The notes under the pieces were generated by a model. The model saw nothing but the letters and a program-made list of their open reading frames with translations, was not told where the DNA came from and made no database searches. A DNA stretch of 64,000 nt, taken from Candidatus Woesearchaeota archaeon (lineage in GTDB: Archaea > Nanobdellota > Nanobdellia > Woesearchaeales > GW2011-AR9). The number at the start of each line of letters is the position of its first letter. The first letter of the stretch is position 1. Shown piece by piece: positions 51,914 through 61,323 of the stretch. A program made the translations under genes and the position numbers. The stretch lies in assembly GCA_016179955.1 (NCBI GenBank), contig JACPCD010000005.1:10323-74322 (forward strand). The letters run 5' to 3'.

Positions 51914-53446
51914 TCACTTAATCATCAGCTTTCTTAACCACCACAAATTTATCGTAAGTCTTTTTTCTAACATTTCTATTATTTTTACATCATCTTCCGT
52001 GAAAGAAGAGAAAGAGATAAGAAGAACTAAGTACAGAATGAGATAAATTACTATGCTGGTTAAAAGCAACCAAGAAGATTCAGGGCGGATAAATCTTAAA
52101 AAATAAATCATTATTAAAGGGATTAGGCCGCTACCAATATATTTAAGATATTCTTTCCATCGGATGACCAGATTGATGCGTTTCCAGATTATGATGAAAA
52201 TAGTCCCTTCTTTTATGAGAATTGATATGGTGGTCGCCACAGCAGCCCCGACAATGCCCCACCGGGGGATAAATAAGAAATTTAAGAGGATATTGGAAAT
52301 GACCGCCACGGAGTTTATATAAAATAAAGTTTTAGTCTTGTGAAAGACCATCATGGTTTCCGTTGCCGGGCCGATAACTATTTTTAGGAAATAGGCCACC
52401 ATTAGTACTTGCAAGACCAGAAATCCGGATTCATATGCCGGGCCAAAAATTATACCTAATATTTCCTTAGAAAAGAATAGCACTATAAAAAGCATTGGGA
52501 GACTTAATAAAAATATCCACCGGGCGATGGAATCATACATCTGGGCTATCTTTTTGTATTCTTTCCTGGCATAAGATTCAGAGGCTAAGGGGAAAAAAAT
52601 ACTTCCAAAGGAAGCGAGGACAATAGTGAGGGTATTTACAAATGGCAAGGCGACATTATAAACTCCCACTTCTTCAGAAGTCCTTAAAGCCCCCAGGAAT
52701 AGCGTGTCTATCCAGCCCATTATACTTACAAAAAGGCCAGAGAAGAACAATGGGAGAGAAAAAGAAACCAACTTTTTAAGTTCAAATACTGCTTTTATTT
52801 TGGTTCTGATAATGGAGAACGTTTTTGTTTCTAAGAGATAAAATCCCCAGGCAGCACTTAAAACATATGAAACTAAAAAAGCTATGGCTATTAAATAAAC
52901 ATTTCCTTTCAAAATGATGATTAAAATAACTATTAATATGGATGAAACCGGGCGGATGAACGCATTCAACTGGTTTCGGTAATGTATCTTCTTAAATGCA
53001 ATAAATATATTGGTCAACAGATTGGAATATCCGAAAAACGGGACTGCCAAAGCAAAGATAACTAAAAGCGGTGCCAATTCTTCCTTGTTGAATATTCCAA
53101 TGGCTATGTAATTTGAAAATATGATCATTAATGCCGAAATTACTATGCTGGTGGGGAGTATAAATTTTAAAGAAGCTATAATCACTCCCTTGATTTTTTC
53201 TGGCTTATTTTTTGCCAGATAATGGGAAATAAATTTAATTACTCCGGAAGATATCCCTAATGTTGCCAGGAGGATGGCGATATTGAATACCCCCTCTCCC
53301 AAAGAAAGTAAACCATAATCGGATGGCCCTAAATAACGGGAGACGATTATTCTGTAAATGAATTTCATCAAATATATGAATAATGTTCCCAGAAAAAATA
53401 AACCAGCACCTTTTATGAGTTGTTGCAGACTATTCTCTTCGGACAT
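51914..53446 (-). CDS. MOP/Wzx-type oligosaccharide flippase
   Basis: 510 aa, roughly 12-14 TM helices, with N-terminal ...RYLGPSDYGLLSLGEG typical of polysaccharide biosynthesis (Wzx) proteins. Confidence 0.75.
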   Translation of the reverse strand: MSEENSLQQLIKGAGLFFLGTLFIYLMKFIYRIIVSRYLGPSDYGLLSLGEGVFNIAILLATLGISSGVIKFISHYLAKNKPEKIKGVIIASLKFILPTSIVISALMIIFSNYIAIGIFNKEELAPLLVIFALAVPFFGYSNLLTNIFIAFKKIHYRNQLNAFIRPVSSILIVILIIILKGNVYLIAIAFLVSYVLSAAWGFYLLETKTFSIIRTKIKAVFELKKLVSFSLPLFFSGLFVSIMGWIDTLFLGALRTSEEVGVYNVALPFVNTLTIVLASFGSIFFPLASESYARKEYKKIAQMYDSIARWIFLLSLPMLFIVLFFSKEILGIIFGPAYESGFLVLQVLMVAYFLKIVIGPATETMMVFHKTKTLFYINSVAVISNILLNFLFIPRWGIVGAAVATTISILIKEGTIFIIIWKRINLVIRWKEYLKYIGSGLIPLIMIYFLRFIRPESSWLLLTSIVIYLILYLVLLISFSSFTEDDVKIIEMLEKRLTINLWWLRKLMIK

Positions 53447-53470
53447 GGCTATTTTAAAGTTAATGCCTGG

Positions 53471-53478
53471 TTTTTAAA
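53471..53478 (-). promoter_or_regulatory. TATA-like TTTTAAAT upstream of the flippase gene
   Basis: Centre is 28.5 nt from ATG 53446. Confidence 0.4.
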
Positions 53479-53531
53479 TATTATCAAACTGTAGCGTCAT
53501 TGAAAAGTTCACGTCAGCTGCCACCATAAGA

Positions 53532-55367
53532 TTAACGTTCATCTCTGGTCAAGGGCACTTTATAAACGATATACTTCTCGTTTTCATAAAATAAACTAAG
53601 GTTCAATTCTTTTGGTTTCTTGAAGAGGGCATAGCTAATATTGTACTTGCGGTTTAATCTTTCCAAATCGTTTTCCTGAAGCGAATCGTAACCCTGAAGT
53701 ATCAGATAATACTCTTTGAGTTGCGAGAATGTTGTAATTTGGTGATTGCTGATATCTCTAATCCGGAGGAACCATCGGGCCATACCTTTGTCAGTAAAAG
53801 GATGTAAATGGTCTACTACAATTGACCTATTGGCAGTTGTCCTGAACCCCGATAGGTCAAAGGGGGTTAAAAAGACGGCATCAGGGGGAGAGTTAATCTT
53901 AAGATAATCCAACATTTCATTTGTTTCAGGGTCGTGAGTAGGGATATGTAAATGGGGGTTGAAAGGGCCAATTATTGCCGTTGCTAAAGAAATAATTATT
54001 ACAATAATAGCAATTATCCTTTCCTTTGCTGTCAGTGTGTACATTAATATGAAATAAAACATAATTGGGATTATGACAAAAGGGAGCACGGCATTGAGAG
54101 CCATGCGTTCTCTGGGGAGCAGAAATAATAAATAGTTATATACTAAAAATATTCCTGCACCGGTTAGTAATATTGTTATAGGGATTATGGTGTTTTTTTT
54201 CCTAAGGAAAAGATCAAATACATCCATTTCTTTTTTTTCTTGATAATATTCAATTAATAAGAATAAAGGTATCGCCAAAATAGCCAGCAGCGGATAGATA
54301 AAAAAAATCGGAACCATTATCAAATACTTCTTTTCTAACCAATTTCTTGATTTTTCTAAACGGTCAAAGAGATATGCCCCTAACGTTAAATATCCCAAGA
54401 GGGCAATTATCTTTGTGGCCCTAAATATTACCATCTTAGTTATCGTTGCAATGGGGTATATCTCCACAAAGACAACCCCTATAATGATATACAATAAAAT
54501 TATCCACGAAAAATTTCTGATGATCCGTTTATGTTTATACTCATAATTCGTCCTTTTTAATATAAAGATAAACAATATAACAAAAAGTATAAAAGGCAAG
54601 ATGATTGTCATCCCCCATGACGATGGCAGGGTATGGGTTACATGAAAGTTAGCATAAATTTTGGCAGCAGCTATCGCCAGAGTAGGGGTACTATCAATAT
54701 TACTCAAATACAGCGGTATAATCAACAGCAAGGAAATTATAAAATAGGGGGCACTTTGCAACAAAGAGATGGCTTTCTCTTTGGAGAAGAGGGGTTTAGA
54801 AAGGAGGAGGCCTCCAATAAACAATCCAGCAATAGGGATTCCTTCTCCAACATCTATAAGTGTAACTAATCCCAATATTGTAAAAGAATAAATATATTTC
54901 TCCCTAAAATAGAAATATATTGCAATGACTAAGAGAGCTGAGGCCAGACCATTAGCCGAAAGAGAAGATTTAAAAAAAGAAATCCCTCCGAGAACAATAG
55001 GGTAGCCCACAAAAAAGATTGCGGTTGTGAAAAAAGTCTTATTCTTTTCCTTTAAAATTGTTTTTATTAAATAGTATAATCCACCAATGAACAGGGCAAA
55101 AGAGAGACTATGCAGAAATAAGACTGTCCACTCTAAGTTCCTAAAAATATAATTTATAATTATAATTAATTGGTTATAGAAATATCGAGCATCAAAACCA
55201 GAAGTCTCTTTAATGTACCAATCATTAGAGAGATAGTCTGGGTTCATTATGTGAAAAACAGTAGGGATATTTTGAGCCTGGCTTGCGGTGCCTAATTCGG
55301 TGCTCGTGAGAAAACCGTAGCTGATGGCTAAGGTGATTAAAGCAAGAAGATGATAGTTGATTTTCAT
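53532..55367 (-). CDS. Large polytopic membrane protein with a C-terminal soluble domain; possible GT-C glycosyltransferase or polymerase
   Basis: 611 aa with more than 12 hydrophobic helices followed by a ~130-aa hydrophilic tail. I recognise no diagnostic motif. Confidence 0.4.
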   Translation of the reverse strand: MKINYHLLALITLAISYGFLTSTELGTASQAQNIPTVFHIMNPDYLSNDWYIKETSGFDARYFYNQLIIIINYIFRNLEWTVLFLHSLSFALFIGGLYYLIKTILKEKNKTFFTTAIFFVGYPIVLGGISFFKSSLSANGLASALLVIAIYFYFREKYIYSFTILGLVTLIDVGEGIPIAGLFIGGLLLSKPLFSKEKAISLLQSAPYFIISLLLIIPLYLSNIDSTPTLAIAAAKIYANFHVTHTLPSSWGMTIILPFILFVILFIFILKRTNYEYKHKRIIRNFSWIILLYIIIGVVFVEIYPIATITKMVIFRATKIIALLGYLTLGAYLFDRLEKSRNWLEKKYLIMVPIFFIYPLLAILAIPLFLLIEYYQEKKEMDVFDLFLRKKNTIIPITILLTGAGIFLVYNYLLFLLPRERMALNAVLPFVIIPIMFYFILMYTLTAKERIIAIIVIIISLATAIIGPFNPHLHIPTHDPETNEMLDYLKINSPPDAVFLTPFDLSGFRTTANRSIVVDHLHPFTDKGMARWFLRIRDISNHQITTFSQLKEYYLILQGYDSLQENDLERLNRKYNISYALFKKPKELNLSLFYENEKYIVYKVPLTRDER

Positions 55368-55441
55368 AATTAAAGCACTATATTATGACGGAAAACTTCT
55401 CGCCACCCCTAAACTTCCTTCTGTTTTACAGCTTAAAAATA

Positions 55442-55461
55442 TTTATAAATCTTCTGGAACA
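55442..55461 (-). promoter_or_regulatory. TATA TTTATAAA + 2 nt + decamer TTCTGGAACA; near-identical copy of the 50313-50338 block
   Basis: 26-nt block 55438-55463 versus 50313-50338 with one mismatch (hand alignment). About 78 nt upstream of ATG 55367. Confidence 0.5.
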
Positions 55462-55478
55462 TTAATTTTCAGATGAGC

Positions 55479-56561
55479 TTATTGATTAACCTTATCACTT
55501 TCTTTAAAAATCGAATGGTGAAATGATCTCAAATTATCTTCCTCTCTAAATTTTCTCTGGATTAAAGTTCTTGATTTTCTGCCCATACAGGCCATAACCT
55601 TACTCTCCTTAATGCATCGGCTTATAGTGTGTGCAATGTGCTTGGTGCTTTTTGGTTGAATTAAAAATCCATTCCCACCATTATTGATGATTTCCGGTAT
55701 CCCATAAACCCTGGCCGCAATCACCGGCTTCCCGCACGCCATCGCCTCCAAGATGACATTGGGAAAAGATTCTACAAAGGTAGGGAGCACCAAAACATCA
55801 TGCTGATTGATGATATAGGGCAACTCTTTCTGCTCTACCCTCCCATAATACTGGACAAAGGGATACGTTTTCTTATATTGAGCGAGCAATTTCCCATCCC
55901 CCACAATGCTCAAGTGCACGCTTTCCTGAAGCGGCTTAATTGCCCGGAAGAGATATTCCAACCCTTTTTCGGGGTTGAGATTGCCAACGAAAATGAGATT
56001 TAATTTTGGGCTTATTCTAGGAACTTTCATCGGCCGGAAAAGTGTTGTATCCACGCCATTGTATATCACTTCATAATTGTGTTGGTACTGGTGCTGGACC
56101 AATGCTTTCGAGTTGTAGATCACTTTATCACAGCTTTTAATAACCAGTGGTTTCGTCATCTGTAAGATCATTGTTTTAAGAACTGATGACAGCGAACTTA
56201 ATTCGTAAACCCAAGGGCTGGCCGCACGCAAAAACAATTTTGATTTCTTCTTTCTCTTCAGTAAAACGCCAAAAAGCCCCCCGACGAAAAAATCATTGAT
56301 GTAGATGGGGGTTCGTGGTGGAACTTTTCGTTGATATCTCCACCAGTCTCTAAACCCCCCGCTGCAATACCGTCTATTTCCCTTTTGGATGGAATATTTC
56401 TTCCCCCGGCAGAAAACAATGACCTTTTCAAAATGCTTTCCTAGCATCTCCAAAATGGATGAATGAATGGAATTTTCCAGGGTTTTTTGTGTCGCCAGGC
56501 TAATAAAAATGATAGTTCTGGGGTTGTTTTTTGTAATGGGATTCATTTTATCTTTGCTCAT
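55479..56561 (-). CDS. GT4 (group 1) glycosyltransferase
   Basis: VLVLPTFVESFPNVILEAMACGKPVIA (E-x7-E motif). Confidence 0.8.
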   Translation of the reverse strand: MSKDKMNPITKNNPRTIIFISLATQKTLENSIHSSILEMLGKHFEKVIVFCRGKKYSIQKGNRRYCSGGFRDWWRYQRKVPPRTPIYINDFFVGGLFGVLLKRKKKSKLFLRAASPWVYELSSLSSVLKTMILQMTKPLVIKSCDKVIYNSKALVQHQYQHNYEVIYNGVDTTLFRPMKVPRISPKLNLIFVGNLNPEKGLEYLFRAIKPLQESVHLSIVGDGKLLAQYKKTYPFVQYYGRVEQKELPYIINQHDVLVLPTFVESFPNVILEAMACGKPVIAARVYGIPEIINNGGNGFLIQPKSTKHIAHTISRCIKESKVMACMGRKSRTLIQRKFREEDNLRSFHHSIFKESDKVNQ

Positions 56562-57711
56562 ACAATTTCAGGTATCTTTTGCTTATAACTGACCAATAAA
56601 ATTTTTTAATCTTTTCTTTCCCCCCCGTAGATACTCTTCGAGCCAATCCCTCCTGGGCAAGAATTCTTTTAATGGCGGAAGAATATCCTTTCGGATTATT
56701 AATGTTAACCAACAATCCTTCTTTTCCATTCTCAATTAAATCCGGCGTACACCCTTCGTTCGTCGCCACTACCGGTAATCCTGACGCCATCGCCTCCATC
56801 ACCACGCCCGGGAGGCCTTCCCCTTCCGAGGGCAGCAGCAAGACATCAGCCAAATGCATCAACTCCGGGATATCTTTCCGCCCCCCCGTAAATAGTACCT
56901 GTTGCCGGAATTCCGGCCTGACTTTCTCTTTAAATATATTTTTTCCATGGGCATCACCCACTATCAGCGTTTTAATCTTGAATCCTTCGCGGAGCAGTTC
57001 TTGGCTGACTTTTATGACTTTTCCTACCCCTTTCCGTTCCGTAAGCATGCCCACAAAAAGAATAACCTTTTCATCTTTAATCCTGAATTCCTTCCGAAGC
57101 AGGTTTACTTTTTTCCGATCCACCTTCTGAAATCTTTCGAGATGAATGCCGGTGGGAATGACCCGCAGTTTTTTCATCGGCACTCCCGCTTGCCGTGCAA
57201 AGGGCACCATCGCCTTGCCATAGGTCGTTATAGTTTTGGGGATGGTAAACAGAAAGCGGCCCAGGAATCGCGTGTACAGTCGAAATGCCGGCACTAACCA
57301 CCAGGGCTGTTTTGGTTGGTAAGAGTATCCTACAAAACCGTCCGTGGTGAGAATCGTCTTTCGTTCTTTGCGATGCAGCCATGCATACAGCAGCGGAACA
57401 ATAGAGAGAGGGTAATAATATTCCCAAATATGAATCTTATCGTTTTTCTGAAAGGCGTTTCGGGTCGCTTTCCATAAGGCAACGGGGTTGGGAAAAGAGT
57501 ATCGCAGCGGGGCAAAATACCAGGCGGGGATGGGAATGGCTTTTATAGAACCCTGCAGTATAACTCTGTTTGCAACCCAATTTTCTGTAGGGCAGTTCTT
57601 GCTTACAGGGTACATAATAGCGACCGTATGGCCCATTTTAGCCATAATTTCGGTCAGTTCAGCAATGGGCCGGCGGATGTTGTTGGTGGGGTTAATATAG
57701 TAGATATTCAT
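56548..57711 (-). CDS. GT4 (group 1) glycosyltransferase
   Basis: LLLPSEGEGLPGVVMEAMASGLPVVAT (E-x7-E motif). Confidence 0.8.
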   Translation of the reverse strand: MNIYYINPTNNIRRPIAELTEIMAKMGHTVAIMYPVSKNCPTENWVANRVILQGSIKAIPIPAWYFAPLRYSFPNPVALWKATRNAFQKNDKIHIWEYYYPLSIVPLLYAWLHRKERKTILTTDGFVGYSYQPKQPWWLVPAFRLYTRFLGRFLFTIPKTITTYGKAMVPFARQAGVPMKKLRVIPTGIHLERFQKVDRKKVNLLRKEFRIKDEKVILFVGMLTERKGVGKVIKVSQELLREGFKIKTLIVGDAHGKNIFKEKVRPEFRQQVLFTGGRKDIPELMHLADVLLLPSEGEGLPGVVMEAMASGLPVVATNEGCTPDLIENGKEGLLVNINNPKGYSSAIKRILAQEGLARRVSTGGKEKIKKFYWSVISKRYLKLYEQR

Positions 57712-57745
57712 GGTTTTTCTCTCTTGAGCCTCTTTTTAACAAGTT

Positions 57746-57753
57746 ATTTAAAT
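57746..57753 (+). promoter_or_regulatory. TATA-like ATTTAAAT (palindromic) in a divergent intergenic region
   Basis: Centre is 25.5 nt from ATG 57775 (+) and 38.5 nt from ATG 57711 (-). Confidence 0.5.
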
Positions 57754-57774
57754 AGATTTATGGAAGAAAAAATC

Positions 57775-58842
57775 ATGTTATTGAGCCAGCAACGGATAAC
57801 TGCTCGTGTCAGTGATTTATTTCCTCGTCCGCTGGACCGAAGAACCATCCATAAGTACATCCCTCAACCATACAAATATTGGGTTGGCTCTGCCCGGGAA
57901 GGAATCCGGCAGGTTTTGTCGCAGCTTCGTGTCGAAAAGAACGTTAAAAAAGTCGGCGTTCCTGCCTACACCTGCCAGGTTGTTTTAGAGGCGGTCTACC
58001 GTGCTGGCTGCCAGCCCATGTTCTATGATTCTGGGGTCGTTGCCGAAACCTCTGAAATTCAAAAAATAATTACAAAGGTTGATGTTCTCATCGTAACACA
58101 TAATTTTGGCTTTCTGCCGGATATTGCTTCTATCTCTACGCTTTGCAAGAAGCATAAAGTTATTCTCATTGAAGATTGCGCCCAGGCGCTCGGCGCAACA
58201 TATCAACATCAGTTAGTGGGCAGTTTTGGCGATTATGCAGTGTATTCGTTTGGAATAAGCAAGAATGTGGGGTTTTGCGGAGGGATAATCTCCAGCAAAC
58301 ATCCGCTTCGCCTTTCAGGGCTGAAGAAATATCCTCTTGGAACATTGTGGAAAACAGTAGCTTCAGTGCTGGTTTCACCTTTTTTCTTTCATAAATATTT
58401 TTATCCTTTCTTTTATCCCCGACTTTCTCGTCATTTGGGGCGCCAGCCTCCATTTCCCCCGGGGCCTTACTCCTGTCCTCCGCTGGCGAAAAGAGTTGTT
58501 CTGCACCAATTGAAACGATATGATAAAATACAAAGCATTCGGCGAAGAAATGGAGAATACTGTCTTCGGGGATTGCGGGGAGTCGTTCCATTTGTCGAAC
58601 CAAAAAATGGTGCTCCTGCGTGGTTATACTTTGTGCTTCTCAGCATTAAAGCATCAGCATTACAAAAAAGATTGCTCCATCATGGCGTTGATATTGGCCT
58701 GATGCGCACCTTTCGCTGCCTGGATAAGAATAAACCAAAAGCTGCTGCGGCCGAGAAGAACGTTCTTGCGTTTGCTTTATATAGGTCCCCTCAGGAAATT
58801 GCAATCATGGTTAAAGCCATACGGCAAATCGCTCATGAATAA
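57775..58842 (+). CDS. DegT/DnrJ/EryC1-family PLP enzyme (short, divergent), paralog B
   Basis: IEDCAQALGATYQHQLVGSFGDYAVYSFGISKNVGFCGG parallels the 14842 gene. The track start at 57628 runs antisense through the neighbouring GT4 gene start; ATG 57775 (MLLSQQ...) fits the TATA spacing. Confidence 0.65.
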   Translation: MLLSQQRITARVSDLFPRPLDRRTIHKYIPQPYKYWVGSAREGIRQVLSQLRVEKNVKKVGVPAYTCQVVLEAVYRAGCQPMFYDSGVVAETSEIQKIITKVDVLIVTHNFGFLPDIASISTLCKKHKVILIEDCAQALGATYQHQLVGSFGDYAVYSFGISKNVGFCGGIISSKHPLRLSGLKKYPLGTLWKTVASVLVSPFFFHKYFYPFFYPRLSRHLGRQPPFPPGPYSCPPLAKRVVLHQLKRYDKIQSIRRRNGEYCLRGLRGVVPFVEPKNGAPAWLYFVLLSIKASALQKRLLHHGVDIGLMRTFRCLDKNKPKAAAAEKNVLAFALYRSPQEIAIMVKAIRQIAHE

Positions 58843-59200
58843 TCCCCACTCCACCAAAACCGGAATAATCTTAATTATTTTATGTACTTTATTTACCGCC
58901 TCCGGCCAAATATTATTCAAGTACGGCTCCGAAGATTTTTCTTTCGAAATCATACGATTGCTAACCAATTACCACCTCCTCTTGGGATTTGTCTTGTATG
59001 GTATGGGAGCAGCCCTATTGGTGCTGGCATTGAAATTTGGCAATCTCTCTGTCATATATCCTTTTGTGTCGCTCACGTTTATCTGGGTCATGTTCATCTC
59101 TGCGTTCATATTCGGCGAGGTTATCAATAGCTTTAAGATCAACGCTGTCATTTTAGTTATCTTTGGCATCGTCCTTATTGCGGGAGGAAGTAATGGTTAA
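58835..59200 (+). CDS. Small 4-TM EamA/SMR-like protein (ArnE/F-like), module B subunit 1
   Basis: MNNPHSTKTGIILIILCTLF... with four helices. 8-nt overlap with the upstream gene. Confidence 0.6.
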   Translation: MNNPHSTKTGIILIILCTLFTASGQILFKYGSEDFSFEIIRLLTNYHLLLGFVLYGMGAALLVLALKFGNLSVIYPFVSLTFIWVMFISAFIFGEVINSFKINAVILVIFGIVLIAGGSNG

Positions 59201-59546
59201 AGAGATTATTATCGGAATGGGGCTGGTTGGCATATCCACGCTCCTGGGGGCCATTGGCGCGCTGCTGTTTAAGATTTCTTCCACCAGAATTACTTTCAAT
59301 TTTGTTAGCCTCTTCCGCAATGTGCCCATTTATTTTGGGATATTTTTGTATGGGATCTCGGCGCTTCTTTTTGTCTATGCCCTGAGATTTGGCGATCTTT
59401 CTTCATTATATCCTATTGCCGGCTTAAGTTATGTCTGGGTATCGTTATTGTCAGTATTCTTTTTAGGCGAACGGATGAATGGTTATAAATGGGCTGGCAT
59501 AGCGTCGATAATGACTGCGGTAGTTTTTATCGGGATTGGAGCTTAA
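59193..59546 (+). CDS. Small 4-TM EamA/SMR-like protein, module B subunit 2
   Basis: MVKEIIIGMGLVGISTLL... with four helices. GGGAGGA SD and an 8-nt overlap with the upstream gene. Confidence 0.6.
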   Translation: MVKEIIIGMGLVGISTLLGAIGALLFKISSTRITFNFVSLFRNVPIYFGIFLYGISALLFVYALRFGDLSSLYPIAGLSYVWVSLLSVFFLGERMNGYKWAGIASIMTAVVFIGIGA

Positions 59547-59547
59547 A

Positions 59548-60588
59548 ATGCAGGTGGTGGAACTCTATGGGCGGGAGAGTTATCTTGGTTCTTTTTTAGA
59601 GAAGAATGACCATCTCATTTTCCACACTTTCCCCTATAAGCAATTTATTGAAGAAGCCTTTAGCTGTCGCTACCAATTACTTTCGGCAGTTGATAATGGA
59701 GGGATCAAAACAATTTTTCCCTTCGTTGACGTGCGCAGCAAAATCTTCGGCAACCGAATAATTTCTTCCGCGTATATTGAATATGGGGGATTTGCCGGGG
59801 ATGAGAAGTATGTGGGCCCCCTGCTGGATTTTCTCTCTGAACAATATAAAAGAAGCCATGACGTCTTAGAAATTAGAGGGGGGATTGCCCAATTCGATTC
59901 TCTGCTGGCAAAGCACCTGATTCAAAAGAACTTTTACCAACGGTTTGTCCTCCCTCTAGCAGACGAACAGACCATCTGGAAAAACATCCAGCATGCCAAG
60001 CGCAAAGCCATCAATAAGGCTCTGAAAGAAGTGGACGTTGAGGATGTACCCGTTGCGGAAATACCCCAATTATATTCGTTGTATTGTCGAAATATGCGTG
60101 CCTTTGGCAGCCCCCCCTATAGCAAAAGATATTTTGAAAGTTTTTATAAACATTTGGTGGCAAAGGGCATGGCGAAAGTGTATGGCGCATATATCCACAA
60201 AAAAGGGGAGCAGAAATTAGTTGCCGCCTTATTGGGGTTCTGTTACGGCGATCGGGTGCATATCCTTATTGCGGTTTCTGATCCACGATACCAGCAGCAT
60301 CGCCCCAATGATGCGATGCATTGGACTTTTATCCGCTGGGCCTGCCAGAATAATTATAGGTGGTTTGACTTTGGCCGTGTACGTGAAGGTTCAGGACAGT
60401 TTGAGTATAAGCAGAAGTGGGGGCCGACTGTAATGGATTTACCGTCCTATTTTATGCTGTGGAAAAGTAAAGAAGTCCCGATGGTGGATCCAGAAAAACA
60501 TAAATTAGTGGTGAACCTCTGGAAAAAGATGCCGCTCCCAGTTACTAAATTAGTGGGTATGCCGTTGCGCAAGGGGCTGGGGATTTAA
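59548..60588 (+). CDS. FemAB-family transferase-like protein, paralog 3
   Basis: FDFGRVREGSGQFEYKQKWG core. The track start at 59536 is a TTG; ATG 59548 follows the upstream stop by 1 nt. Confidence 0.75.
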   Translation: MQVVELYGRESYLGSFLEKNDHLIFHTFPYKQFIEEAFSCRYQLLSAVDNGGIKTIFPFVDVRSKIFGNRIISSAYIEYGGFAGDEKYVGPLLDFLSEQYKRSHDVLEIRGGIAQFDSLLAKHLIQKNFYQRFVLPLADEQTIWKNIQHAKRKAINKALKEVDVEDVPVAEIPQLYSLYCRNMRAFGSPPYSKRYFESFYKHLVAKGMAKVYGAYIHKKGEQKLVAALLGFCYGDRVHILIAVSDPRYQQHRPNDAMHWTFIRWACQNNYRWFDFGRVREGSGQFEYKQKWGPTVMDLPSYFMLWKSKEVPMVDPEKHKLVVNLWKKMPLPVTKLVGMPLRKGLGI

Positions 60589-61320
60589 TTTCATCCATTC
60601 CCGGCAGCTAATCCATTTGCTTTCCGCTTTCTCCACGTGCTTCTGTAAGATTTCCCACGCCTTTTTTCCGCTGTGGCGGAGCAAGAGGCTATTGACCAAT
60701 GACTTCGGTGCCGATAATTCTTTTTTCTCCAGCAGTTCCCAGGGGTGCAGGTAGAACATATATGGTTTAGGAAATACCTTAGAAAAGGGATGCAATAATT
60801 TCAGGTACGATAATCCGCTGTTAACGGCCGGATAGATCATCGTCGGCATGGGAAATATCGTCATTCCTTCCCGCTGGAACGGTTTTCCGGGGAGAGTGAG
60901 ATTTTGGTAACGTCCCGGAAAAAATCGGGCAAAAGAGGAATCGTAGGTATAGCCATACTTCTGCAGGAGTTCCAGATGGTCTTTCGTCGTTATGAATCCA
61001 GGCGCCCGAAATCCTGTACATTCAATACCGTACTCGGCAAGAACTTCTTTCGATTTTTTAATTTCCCATTCGGCATTTACTGGATTCAGCCAGTGATGGG
61101 TATGGGAATGTGCCGCAACTTCATGTTTCCGGGAAATTTCTTTGATTTCTGGTGCATACTTTTCAAGCAATGACGTCACGGTAAAAAAAGTCGCTTTGAT
61201 GTTATGCTGGTCAAAGAACTCTAACAACCTCGGGATAACTACGTGCATGCTTTTGCACTCCCGTGAGCCTAAGTCTGGTTCTAAATCCACAGTCATGATG
61301 CGAGGAGTTGCAGTAACCAT
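60550..61320 (-). CDS. Polysaccharide deacetylase (CE4)
   Basis: KATFFTVTSLL and AAHSHTHHW motifs. Its 3' end overlaps the convergent FemAB-like gene by 39 nt. Confidence 0.8.
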   Translation of the reverse strand: MVTATPRIMTVDLEPDLGSRECKSMHVVIPRLLEFFDQHNIKATFFTVTSLLEKYAPEIKEISRKHEVAAHSHTHHWLNPVNAEWEIKKSKEVLAEYGIECTGFRAPGFITTKDHLELLQKYGYTYDSSFARFFPGRYQNLTLPGKPFQREGMTIFPMPTMIYPAVNSGLSYLKLLHPFSKVFPKPYMFYLHPWELLEKKELSAPKSLVNSLLLRHSGKKAWEILQKHVEKAESKWISCREWMKLNPQPLAQRHTH

Positions 61321-61323
61321 TTT

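Noticed and set aside
55473-55526. 17-codon mini-ORF (MSLLINLITFFKNRMVK) starting about 27 nt downstream of the duplicated TATA box, antisense to the GT4 gene 3' end
   Set aside because: The spacing is probably inherited from the copied promoter block. The decamer/BRE-like side of the element points transcription the other way. The ORF is too short to support without expression or conservation data. It is worth a look only if TSS data show plus-strand initiation here.
1240-58603. Many 60-150-aa ORFs lying antisense or out of frame inside long genes (for example 1240..1563, 2766..3185, 7651..8007, 11457..11852, 25499..25942, 32413..32829, 33690..34088, 45396..45806, 56672..57130, 58166..58603)
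   Set aside because: Each is fully contained in a longer ORF with clear family motifs. Their translations are low-complexity or Cys/Ser/Pro-rich without motifs, which is typical of shadow ORFs.
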